Source: Cyanophora paradoxa CCMP329 (lineage: Eukaryota > Plantae > Glaucophyta). From it: a stretch of DNA of 64,000 nt. Of the stretch, positions 1 to 11,348 are shown piece after piece (within the stretch, counting starts at the first letter, position 1; each line of letters starts with the position of its first letter). The position numbers and the translations under genes were made by a program. The notes below the pieces were generated by a model. That model saw only the letters and a list, made by a program, of their open reading frames with translations. It ran no database searches and was not told where the DNA came from. Location of the stretch: positions 434,001 through 498,000 of the forward strand of contig QPMI01000017.1 of NCBI GenBank assembly GCA_004431415.1, read 5' to 3'.

Positions 1-1355
1 GTTTCCGCCCATCCGGCGCGGTTTCGCCGCCCCGGCGCCGCCCGTGTTCTTGTGTGCGTTTTCCCACTCTAATACATGCCTTAGAACGCCCTCACATGCC
101 CAGAAGGAGTGCCGCCCACGCCCCGCCCGCGCGGTGAGGAACAGCGAGGTCCCTTGGACACGGGCGACATGGGCGAGCGCCACATCAAAGGGGGAGGGGC
201 GTGGGGTGTTCTAGAGGCTACTAAACATACTTGCGCACGCCTCGGAATGCCGCTGCGTGTGATTCCCGCCCAGGGCCGCCGCCGAGGTGAAGGGCCGCGC
301 CTGGGAGGTGGTGGTGGTCCATCAGACGGCGGCGAAATGGACGCAGAAGAGAGCGGAAAGGAAGTATAGCACCTGTACATCATGAATCGACGATGCGCGG
401 CCGGCGGGCGAGCCCCCCGTCGTCGGGCGGCCGAGGACCAGGAAGTACTGCAGGCGCAGTTAGCTAGAGCATCCAGGCAAAATGTGCGAGCCACAAGCCG
501 AACGCACGCGGCACTTCTCATGCCTGAGACGCATTGTCTGCGAGAGTGCGGGGCAAAACAGCTGGGGCAATCACATCAACTGCGCACGCACATTCATGGC
601 AGGACGCGACTTCCAGGTGGCGCCAGCGCGGGCCAGACACTCACCAATCGAGTCATTAGCATCTGCAGATAGCTGCGAGCCATCGCTGGATGAGGCGCCT
701 TGGATCTGCGCGGGTGCCGAAGTGCCGTCAGCAATGCATCAACTGCGCGCCCCGGAACCCGCCAGCTGTTTTGGCGCTATCACAGCCCGATGCGCAAGCA
801 AGTGCACCATCAGTCGAAGCCACTGCACCTACTAGGGCTGGCACATTTTGTGCAGGACCTTTGAACTGACTTGAACGCTGCCGCCGCCTGGCGCTGCCTT
901 TGCCGCTTCACTGAAGCTATCTGCCCCTAAGGAGGCTGCTGAAAGCCGGCAGGTCGCCCAGCTTGCTCCGCTGGCCCGCGTGCGCTGAGGGAGGAGTGGG
1001 TACGGTGCGCTTCGTTCACAACATGAAGTGCGAACGAAGGCCAGGAACCCCCAGGCGATCTTGAACAACCAATAACTCAAGCTCGCGGATACGCGATCTT
1101 GGCAAAAAGCTGGCAGATCCGGCAGCTAATAACTGATATTAAGCGCGCCTAGATGAAACCGCTAATTCTGCCATCGGTCCGAGGCTCGGTTCCCGCGGGC
1201 TGTGCAGGCCGCACAGCCGGCACTGGCCCGGCACTGGTAGCCAGTGGTAGGCCACTGGGCCAGCACTGCGCATGCCGCGCGCGGCATGCATGCAGTGCCA
1301 TGCACTGCCGCAGTGCGGCAGGCCGGCGCCTTTATATATAAATTATAATTAGCTA

Positions 1356-1407
1356 CCGGCCGCTCCGCTACCGTATAGTAGGCTCCGGCCGCTCCGCTAC
1401 CGTATAG
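1356..1407. repeat. Direct duplication of a 23-bp unit next to the hAT MITE
   Basis: CCGGCCGCTCCGCTACCGTATAG occurs at 1356-1378 and 1385-1407. Confidence 0.9.
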
Positions 1408-1408
1408 C

Positions 1409-1940
1409 CAGGGTTCGCCGCCCAAAAATTTTGGAAAAAGAATGCAAAACTTTTTGCAAAACTTTTCAGAAAATGTTTGGTCCCCGTTTCGGCCCTCCAG
1501 AATTTTTGGAAAATTTTTGCACCCCACCCCCCTCATCCTCCGAAATTTATCGTTTGCGGCGACTAAGACGACGTTAAATGAAGATATAAACGACATAGAA
1601 GGCAATCTGAGGCTATTCTGAGCGTGGAAGGCGAGTTCTTGAGCTTCTGGCTCATGTTGGGGACTCCCCCCGGGAGGGGGGTACTTGGCCTTGAAACACG
1701 AGCAGGCGGGTTTCATGCGCAGATTGCAGCTCTCGCAAGCCTGCGATCGATAAACATAAGTTAAACAATGTTTAAGATCTAGACGTGTTTGAACGCGATT
1801 TGAAGCGTTTTAGACGACGGTTTCGATTCTTTCGGGGCAAAACTTTTCTAAAACTTTCGCAAAAATTTTACATACAAGGCAAAAATTTTTGCAAAAACTT
1901 TTGGACCCTCGGGGGACCCCCAAAAATTTTCCCATCCCTG
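1409..1940. mobile_element. Non-autonomous hAT-type DNA transposon (MITE), 532 bp
   Basis: Starts CAGGGTTCG and ends CCATCCCTG (imperfect TIR, CAGGG...CCCTG). Flanked by a perfect 8-bp direct repeat CGTATAGC (1401-1408, 1941-1948). Both ends carry A/T-tract subterminal repeats (CAAAAATTTT/CAAAACTTTT). An 8-bp TSD with CAGGG ends is typical of hAT elements. Confidence 0.85.
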
Positions 1941-2040
1941 CGTATAGCTCGCAGGCCTAGGGCCCTAGGGGCCAGCATGCGCAGGGGCCCGGCCCCGCCC
2001 GGGGCCCGGGGGGCGACTCGACGAGCTCCGACTCTCCGAG

Positions 2041-2085
2041 GCTCGAGCTCCGAGGCTCGGCGATCGCGAGCCTCGGAGCTCGAGC
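2041..2085. repeat. Perfect inverted repeat (19-bp arms, 7-nt loop)
   Basis: GCTCGAGCTCCGAGGCTCG-gcgatcg-CGAGCCTCGGAGCTCGAGC. Confidence 0.9.
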
Positions 2086-2138
2086 GGCCGCGGAATCGGC
2101 GCGGTTGCGCACGTCCGACGGCGACGCGTTTGGTCGTA

Positions 2139-2391
2139 CCGTGTAACACTTAAGTAATGCGCGCACTTAAGTAATGCGGTCCCAAATTAATGCGTTTTCT
2201 GCTGGCAAAACGCATTAATTTGGGACCGCATTAATATCGAAACGCTAAGAAAAGTGCGGTATGTACCCCATACAGCAGCCAAAATGCTTCGAAACGCATT
2301 AATTTGGTACCGCATTAATATCCATACTAGGGGTTGGGGTCCAAAAACGCATTAATTACTGGCGCATTAATATTAATTAAGTGTTACACGG
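2139..2391. mobile_element. Tc1/mariner(pogo)-type MITE, 253 bp
   Basis: TIRs CCGTGTAACACTTAAGTAAT / ATTAATTAAGTGTTACACGG match at 19/20, with TA on both sides (2137-2138, 2392-2393). Internal CGCATTAAT repeats and a long internal inverted repeat (~2172-2232). Confidence 0.9.
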
Positions 2392-2642
2392 TACGTACGT
2401 GAGTGCAGCAGCCGCTTTACGTTCGCTGAGTCGTAGGCTCGTAGCGCACGGCCGCGGCGCTCGCCGCCCTCGAGCTCGACTCGATCGACCGTCGGACGTC
2501 GACTTCCGCCAGAACGGACCCCCCCTTCCACCTGTGCGAGCTCCGAAGCCGACGTCGACGCGAGCACGCACACATTGCAATCGCGACACCCGCAGCGCCG
2601 GCCGTTCGCCGTGGCACGATGTCGATGTCGATGTCGATGCAT

Positions 2643-5600
2643 ATGGCTCGAGCTCGCCCGAAGTTTACCGCAGCCTTCGCGCTGGCCGCGACCATATGCA
2701 TGCATATGGGCGTTCTGCTCGCCCTCGCGTCGACCGCCGCCGGCCAGTCGACGACGGCGCCCTGCAGCGAGATCCAGACCCAAGCAACTAGCGCCTTTCC
2801 TTTCGTGCGCCCGCGGCCCCGGCCCGGCCCGGCCCGGCCGGCTCTCTTCGGCTTGTGTGGCTGATTGCAAATGACAGATGCGATTGGATACGACTGAGGC
2901 GTACTCGCGCTCGTTCTACCCTTCAGCGGGTCAGAGCATGACGGCAGAGTTGTGGGCGAAGACCAGCACCGATTTCTTCAGCTTTGAACCCACTGGGCCC
3001 GGAACCGGTCGCATTCATTTGGTCAATACCCACAACACCGCACCACTGAACAATGGGCGGTGGTCGTCTGATCTATACATCTTCATTTCAGGTATTATCT
3101 TCATTTTTATATTGCAGCTCGAACTCGCATTCATATTAATATTCGCACATGCTAAAGCTTGATCATGAGCTTTACTTACAATTAATTATATGCTTCGCAT
3201 GCGCAAGCATATATATGCTCCCGATCACGAGCAGCTGCATGCGCAGCCCAATTTGCTGACTTTGACCGCCGCACGAACGCATGCGCAGTCTACGAGGACG
3301 GCCAGTGGTACGCCAGAGTTACACTGGACGGAGTGACGGCGACGGAGGTGGACATCACTGCGGCCATGACCGCCGGGAGCACCGCGCACTGGACGCACTA
3401 CGCCGTCGTCCTCCAGAACGTGGCGGACGCGACCGGCAACGCTGTGGATACGAGAATCTCCGTCTACGTGAATGGAACTCTGGCGGGGGAGCAACCGATG
3501 ACCGGAATGGTCCCGCGTTCCCCCAGCAGCGTCCCCCCGCTCACCTGGCTGTGGCCCCTGGAATTCGGTTCCCGGACCACCCTCCGTGACGTACGCACCG
3601 CGCCGGGCGCTAGCGCTTCGAATTCCGACTTTAGGGAAATCGGCCGGGCAATGCAGCCGCAGCAAGAAGACTAGAACTCGCTGATTAGTCCCCCACCCCC
3701 CCGAACGCAGATCCGTGTCTGGGGCCAGGCGCTGAGCGAAGTCGAGATCCGTTACCGGCGCTACTCCCGCATCCGGGGCGCGGCGGACGAATACAACCCC
3801 AGCAACGCCAACGGCGGCTTCCCCACCCTCAAGATCAACGGTGAGCTCAATATTAATCTAGAGTCGCGGGCCTAGCTATAGAATATAATTTTTGCAAAAC
3901 ATTTTGAAGGCGCGCATTTTTGCTTGAGGCCCGGTCCAGGCCTGACAGCCTCCCCCCGCAGTCCCGCTCGACTTTGGCGCGCCGGGGTCGGAGTTCAACG
4001 CGTCGACGGCCGTCGTCAACGACGTCGACTGCACGCCCCTCGCTATCACATCGAGCAACTCTCTCTTCAAAGACATATTCCCAGGAATTGTTGGCGTGTG
4101 GCAGCTGTCGGACCCCGCCTTCTGCAGCTCTTTCTCGGGTGGAGAGCCCGTTTCCAACGCCTGTGCGTGCCCCAGCTGCGTCCCGCGCAGCACCGAGCAG
4201 TCAGCCCCCGTTTCCTGTGGCGAGATTCAGCCAAAAACCAATGTTGCCATGGTGGTAAGTCTTCTCGACGCCTTCGAGATTAATATTCGTCTTATAATTA
4301 TTTACATACGTACATACACAATATTAAATATTAATGCGCACGTGCAGGTGCAGCTCGAAACCACGCAGGCGAACTCGCGAACGATCTTCCCCTCGTTTGT
4401 ATTGCTCCCGTACGAGAAACGGTCCATGACAGTGGACTTCTGGTTCAATGGAAAAAACGTTCTGGCATTCCCTGCAGGCTTCCTCATGCTCATAGCATCA
4501 AACAGCTCGCGTTTGACACCAAATACCATCCCGAGCCCTTACGATCCGGCGTCTGAGTTGTCGATTGAGGGTTACCTGGCAGGTACGTAATCAAACATGC
4601 ATATGTGCACTCGTGTTCGATCCTTTCGAATTCGACTCTGAATCACGGGCGTCCGCATGCGCAGCCGCTGATCCCAATGTGGCAACCGGCACCTTGGGTC
4701 TGTTGATATCCATGAATGGCGCTGGCCCCGTCTCCATTAGAACGAGTTTGAACGCGATGTCGGGCGACCTCGACCACTGGGCGCACTTTGCCTTCGTCTT
4801 CCGCAGCCGTGCCAGCGACTTGGATGGGAACGGGTACATCGATGCTGGCGAGAGCGACACAGAAATTTCTGTTTACGTAAACGGGACGGGGGTCGGAGAT
4901 GTAACAGCAACCGGCATAGCCCCGCGGTCACCCAGCAGCGTCCCTGCCCTCACCTGGGAATGGCCAATTTTGCCCGGGAATGCCATTCGCGACGTAAGTC
5001 CTCGCGATCGCATCCTCGCGATCGATTCTCAGATCATCACGTATATATGCTGATTATCCTGGGCCGCGCGCGCGCCCTTTGGAACGCAGATACGCGTTTG
5101 GGGGCGCGACTTGAACTCGGCCGAGATCAACTCTGTGCGCTACCGCCGCATCCGCGGCGCAGCGGACGACTACAACCCCAGCTACAACAACGTTCGTTTC
5201 CCCGTAGATGTCCTCAAGATCAACAGTGAGCGCAGATTTCGAAGCTTAATTTTACAGCAAGGCCCGCGCTTGACTCATTCCCCGCAGTCCCGCTCGACTT
5301 TGGAGCACCGGGGTCGGAGTTCAACGCCTCGACGGCTGTCGTCAACGACGTCGACTGCACGCCCGTCACCATCAGAGCCCTAGACATGTCCAACGAATTC
5401 GAGCCCGTGTTTGTGACAAGCGGGCCCTTCGGCCTCTGGCAGCAGTCAGACGCCACCTTCTGCAGCCTTTTCTGGGGCGGAGTCCCCGTGGAGAACCCCG
5501 TGGGCAGCTGCTCCCAGGGCGGCGCCAGCGGTGGCGGCGCCACCGGGGGTACCGCTGGCTCCGCAACCGGAACCGCGGCCAAGTGCTTTCCCCCACCAGC

Positions 5601-7472
5601 GGACACCCTGCTCACAAGGAAGTACCAGGTCCGATCCGCCCCCGCGGCCGGCGCCCGTGCACGCGCCGGCGCCCTGCAGCTGGTTTCACTTGCAAACCTG
5701 AATATTCCGCGGCGCTCGCGCAGCTGGCGTGCCCGCCGAACGTGACGATCTCGCGGGTGGGGCCCGTGAACGTGACCGCCGGCGGCGTTGTGAAGCGCCT
5801 CTGCGGCGCCCGCATGCCCGACCTCCGCTTCCTCATCGCCGGTCCGCCCCTCCCGCCGGCGCCACTCGCCTCCACGTCCATCGCAGACGTCGACGCGGGG
5901 CGGCGGATTTAAATTGATTCTTGGCAGGGAACTGGTCGGACCCGCGGGTGAACATCACGCAGCAGCCGGAGTCGGGGAGCTTCCTGCCCGTGTCGATGGG
6001 CGCCGACGGCACCGTGACGAACCCGGACTGGATCGCCGCCGGCTTCGGCGGGCCGATCCCCGCCGACGGCTTCCAGGTCACCGTCAGCGTCGACAACCCG
6101 ACCGACACGGTGCGCCTGCGTCGACGTCCCCGGCGGCCGCCCGCGGCCGCGGTCTCCGAGCCCTCCCCGTCCGCAGGGCCCCGAGGGGGCCTGCTCCTTC
6201 CGCCTCTTCGTGCGGGAGGCGGGCCCGCCGCTCTGCCCGGGGGCCTGCCCGCCGCGCGAGCTCGTCCTGCCCGTCAACGCGACGACCTGCTCCCTCGCGC
6301 TGCCGGAACTGGCGCGCGGGCTGGCCCCGGCGTATCCCAACTGCATCCCGCCGCGCGCCGTCGACGCCGGGGCGTACGAGGTCGTGGGGGCGGACGGGGC
6401 GCCGCTGCCGCCGACGTGGGAGATCGGGGGCCCGCCGCCCCACGTGGTGGAGGCGCGCGTCCGCCACCGCGACTTTCCCAGCGGGCCCTCCTGCCCCGTC
6501 CGCATCGCGGTGCGATCGCAAGCGGCTGCCGCAGCCCGGGGGGGGGGCGGGGGGGGGGGGTATCGATGCCGGGCCCCGGCCTGACCCCGAGGCGGCTGGC
6601 CGCGGGCGGGGGCGCAGGCGTATCTGCCGCAGGAGCCGGCGGTTGCGTGGAGCACGTCGACCCAACCGGACGCCGGCGCCCTCAACGCGTCGGGCATCGC
6701 CGCCCTGGGGCCCAGCCCGCCGCCCAGCGCCTGGGGCCGCCACTTCGAGGCCACGTGAGCCCCTCCAATTGCAAGCTTATATAGCGCTAGCGCTGGCCCC
6801 CTTGCATGCCTCGAGTTCGCTGACGGCGCCGGCGGGGCGGGCCGGGGCGCAGGGTGAGCGGCCCGTGCGCGTCGCGGGCGGCGCTGCTGCAGCACTGCAA
6901 GCCCCGCGTGCGGGTGGAGGTCAACCCGAAGCTGGGCCTGGCGGGCCCCGACGTGGACGCGGCCGGCAACTTCACCTTCGGGGCGCGCAAGGGGGCGTGG
7001 GCCCTCGCGGTGGGCGGCCCCGCCCCCAACTCCGTCAGCGCCTTCTTCAGCCGCGAGGTCCCCGACCACTACCTCGCCAACGACGCGTGCGCCCGCGCCC
7101 GGCCCGCGCCCCCGCCCCGCCGCCCCTCTATCGATATATATAGCTAATATAACCGCGCCCGCCCCGCCCGCAGCATCGCGCCCGGGGAGGCCCTCCGCAC
7201 CTACTTCATCAGCCTCAGCTGTGCGCCCCGCCCCGCCCCGCCGGCCCCTCCGGATGTGGACCCAGGCCTTGCTGTAGGGCCTCCAGATCTAGCTATAGAT
7301 TGAAGTCCGACGGTCCGTTCGGGAGCGTTGCCTGACCCCGGCCCGCCGCCCGCGCCGCGCAGGCGCCTTCAACAAGGGCGTGCCGGGGCGGTTTTTGATG
7401 ACCTCCCTCGCCCCCGCCCGCGTCGAGATCGCCAAGCCGGCCCCGCAGCCGCCGATGCCGACCGAACGTTAA
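2643..7472 (+). CDS. Multi-exon secreted protein: signal peptide, two tandem LamG/concanavalin-like repeats, HYR-like Cys-containing region
   Basis: Hydrophobic N-terminus (AAFALAATICMHMGVLLALASTAAG). Each repeat has the pattern 'MT.E/DxW...W.H.A.V...ISVYVNG...RD|IRVWG..L...EI', typical of LamG/pentraxin folds. Followed by 'LACPPNVTI...CGARMPDL...NITQQPESG...CSFRLFV'. Splicing joins exons in frame to TAA at 7470-7472. Confidence 0.7.
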
Positions 7473-8315
7473 CCCTAGGCCTTCTCTACCACCGATCGCG
7501 AGCTGCCGTGATGAGGGTACCGGTGGCCTCGGCGCCAGATCTACTAGATCAAGGCAGACGGGAATAGTAATAAAGCTGAATCAAAAGACAGCGTTCGCGA
7601 AATTCCGCGAATTTTCTCATTCAAGTATACGTATTATAGTATAGCGCTAGCTAGCGCTAGTATTTTTCTCATTTGAGTGCGCCACATGTACATGTACACG
7701 TATGCCCGGCCCTGCAGCCGTGGCCGTGGACATGGCCGCCGGGCCAGATCTAGAGGGCCGGTGGCCGGCGGCCAGATTTAGATTTAGAGCTTTCGCCGAC
7801 ATTTTCGCAGACTTTCTTCGCCTGTAATTTTCGCAGACATTGTTTCGCTTTTTCGGATGTAGAGACGTATTGATATAATATCGATATCGATCATCGGATG
7901 TTTCGCAGTATGATCAAGAGCGGCCCATGGCCGGCGCCAGTGGGGGCTTCGAATTCCTGTACATAGACTTCGATTGCGAATCGTGATCATTAAATTCAAA
8001 TTCGCATGACCGGTATCATATTATGCTAGGTTGAAGCTTTCGACGCCCGGGCGACGTCGACCGCCGGCCAGCCGCGCGCCGCCGGCGCTGTACGCGTGCA
8101 CGTGGCGCGGCCCGGCGCCGGCCGCGGCCCATGGCCAGCCGCGCCGCGGCGCCGGCGCCGGTGCGCGCGGGCGCGCGCCGCGCCCGCGTCATCGAATCGC
8201 GGTTGAACGTCGAATCAGCGCGCGTGTCGAGCTAGCGCTCGCGATCGAGCAGCGCGTCCGGAGGGATTTGATCCGGCCGCGGGGTACGACGCCAGTTCTT
8301 CAATTCGCGGGCAAG

Positions 8316-11075
8316 ATGGCGGAGGGCGCACAGGCGCAGGCGCGCCCGCAGACCTATGTCGTGTACGACAGAGCGATGCTGGCGCAAGCCGAGGTGAGCG
8401 ACCGCGCCGCCGCCGATCGGCGACCGCTGTCCCGACCGCCGACTGCGGCGAGGGCGCTGCTCCCGAAGAAAGCCCTGACTCCCGTACGTGCTCTGCGTCT
8501 TCAGGTCTCGTCCGACTGCGAGAACAAGCGCCGGTGCGCACTGCCCGGGCGCTACCCACGCCGCCCTTCGCTCTGCGGGGATCTGACGAAGGCCTGCGGC
8601 GGCGGGGCTGGCAGGTACTCGTCGCTCTTGAACCAGCTGCAAGCCAGCGGCCTCGTGAACGTGGTGGAGCGCCTCCCGAGTCGCCTGGCGACCCGCGAGG
8701 AAATCCGTTGCGTGGGCCCCGCCAGCGCTCCCGCGCCGCGCGCCTCAACGCCGCCGCAGTGCTCGTTCACGAGGAGCAGTACGTCGACGAGGTCTGGGGC
8801 TTCTCTGAGTGCGCCATCCCCGCACCCTTCACCATCCGCGAATTCGGTCGCGGGTCTCACCGCCCCGCCCGCCCGCGCCGCGCAGGTACCTGGTGAGCTT
8901 GATCGCCGGATCAGAGCGCGCGGCTCGGCGCCCCCCGGGCGACGAAGTCGGGCCGACAGGCGCCCAACCTAATTTGACCCGCCGCGCAGAACAAGCACAA
9001 GCACGCGATCCTCGCGGCGCCGAACGCGACCCGCGACGACCGCGACAAGAAGCGCGCGCTGATCCAGACCCACGAGGAGGACAAGCGAGTGAAGCTCGGA
9101 AAGTGCGCACGCGCCGTCCCGCCACCGGCCGGCCGCCGCCTCGCGTGAAGCGCCGACCCCGCCCGCAGGATGCGCCGCGACAACTACACGCCGTTCGCAG
9201 AGGGGACGACAGAGTCCGCGCGGTGCGCCGAGCGCCGCCCCGCGTGCCATGGGCGCGGCTCGAGCGGCGGGCGGGCGGGCGGGCCGGGGGCGCAGGTACG
9301 CGGCCGGCTGCACGATCCAGGCGGTCGAGCAGGTGGTGCGGAGCGTCGCCCCCGCCAACGGCGTCGCCTTCGTCCGGCCCCCCGGCCACCACGCCAAGGC
9401 CGACTCCGCAGGGTCCGCCCCGCCCCGCCCCTCCGCGCCCCGCCCCGCAGGCCGCGCCCCGGGCGACCGAGCGCCACGGCCGGCGGCCCCCCGCAGGGGC
9501 TTCTGCATCTTCAACAACGTGGCGATCGCGGCGGCGTACGCGCGGCGGGAGCTGGGCGTGCGCCGCGTGCTGATCGTCGACTGGGACGTGCACGCCGCCG
9601 ACGGCACCGCCGAGCTCGTCGCCCAAGATGAGGGCATCATGCTCATCTCCGTCCACCGGTCCGCCCCTGCCCCCCCCCACTCTCCGCCCCCGCCTCCGCC
9701 GGCCCGCCGGGCGCCGCTTACGGGGGGCGCGAAGGTACGACTACACGGGGTTCTACCCCGGCGGGGCCGACACCTACTACAACGGCGTCCACGGCGCCGT
9801 CCGCCCCGCGCCCCGCCGCCCCTCCCCCCCGCGCGACCGGCCCCGCGCCGACGCGAGGCGGCAGGCGAAGGGGCGCGTGGTGCACATCCCGCTGTGCCAG
9901 CACTCGCAGGACTCGTCTCCCGAGGTGCAGGAGGCCGAGTTCAAGCGGGCGGCCGAGGAGACGGAGCGCAAGAAGCAGGCCGTCCTCGCCGCCCGCGCCG
10001 CCGCCGAGGCCGAGGCCGCCCGCCTCGTGGCGGAGGCCAAGGGCGGGGCCCCCGGGGAGGCGGCGGCGGAGGGCGGCGGCGCCCCGCCCCAGGAGGCCAT
10101 CGGCGCCAAGCGCAAGACGCCCCCGCCGCCCTCCGTCGAGGTAAAGCAGGAGCCGGGCGCCGCCGCCGCCGCCGGGGCCGGCGACGGCCCCGCCCGCCGG
10201 CCGCCCACCGCGCCAGCGACATCGCCACGTGCGCCCGCGCCGCGGACCCCTCGCCGCCCCCGCACGCCGAGGCTCAGCGCCGGGCGCGACAGGGTGCCGG
10301 CGAACGACGCGATGGAGACCTCATCGAGCGGCTCCGACGGCGAGACCGAGGCCGCCAAGCGGCGCGCCCCGCCCGCGCCCCACGCCCCGCGCCCCGCCCC
10401 GCCGCGGGCGCTGAGGGGAGGGGGCGCGCAGGCCGCCGCCCAAGTACATCCTGCCCTTCGGCGACGACTGCTACGAGATGGTCTTCGACGAGCTGGCGCG
10501 CGGCTTACCCCACCACCCTCCCTTGCACCCCCCGGCAGACGCGGCGGGGCCGGGCGGGCAGGTGCTGCCGATGGCGCGCAAGTTCGCCCCGGAGCTCGTC
10601 GTCGTCTCCGGCGGCTTCGACGCCGCCTCGGGGGACCCCCTCGTGCGCGCCTTCCTTCGGCCCTCGCCCTCCTCTTCCGACGCGGGGGCGGCGCGCAGGG
10701 CGGGCTGCTCGTGAGCCCCGCCGGCTTCGCGGCGATGACGCGGCGCCTCATGACCCTCGCCGACGGCCGCGTCGTCATCGTCACCGAGGGCGGGCGCGCA
10801 CCCCCGCCCCGCCCCGCCCTGCCCCGCTCCGCTGAGCTCTGGCGGGCAGGTACGAGCCGTACGTGTTCGCGTCGTGCGCGATCGCGTGCCTGCGGGAGCT
10901 CGTGGGCGCACCCAACCCCGCCCTCGCCGAGACCCGCCGCATGATCGGCCTCCTCCGGTGCCCCCGCCCCGCCCCGCCCCGCCCCGCCCCGCCCCGCCCC
11001 GCCCCGCCCCGCCCCGCCCCGTCTCATTGCTCGCTCCGCGCCCGCAGCGACTACCACTCCGAGCTCCTCGAGTAG
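8316..11075 (+). CDS. Class II histone deacetylase family protein (multi-exon)
   Basis: Motifs RLATREEILLVH, RPPGHHA, GFCIFNNVAIAA, IVDWDVH, LISVHR, FYPG, PELVVVSGGFDAASGDPLGG and EGGY are assembled across introns. One frame ambiguity near 10190-10215. Confidence 0.93.
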
Positions 11076-11348
11076 GGAGGGGCCGGGGACCCGGCGCCGG
11101 CGCCCGCCGTTTTTTGCCCTACGTATACGTATACCCGAACCGCCCCTCCTCCTGCATGTGCATACCCCTGAGTGAACTTTTTCCCTGCTGCATCGTCCCG
11201 AGGCCGGCGGCACGCGAGGGGCGCGCCGAGACAGAGGACGGCTGCGTTGAAATTACACGCGGGGCGGGCCCCCGAGGGGAGGGGGCGGCGCCCGCGCCCG
11301 GGGCAGAAAGCGAGCGAGCGGGGCCTAGCAAACTATAGCTAGCTGTGG

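Noticed and set aside
1162-2153. ORFs 1162-1716 and 1785-2153 as a transposase
   Set aside because: They are translations of MITE A/T-tract repeats and contain no DDE motifs.
7790-7870. Third MITE (repeated ATTTTCGCAGAC)
   Set aside because: No terminal inverted repeats or TSD could be delimited.
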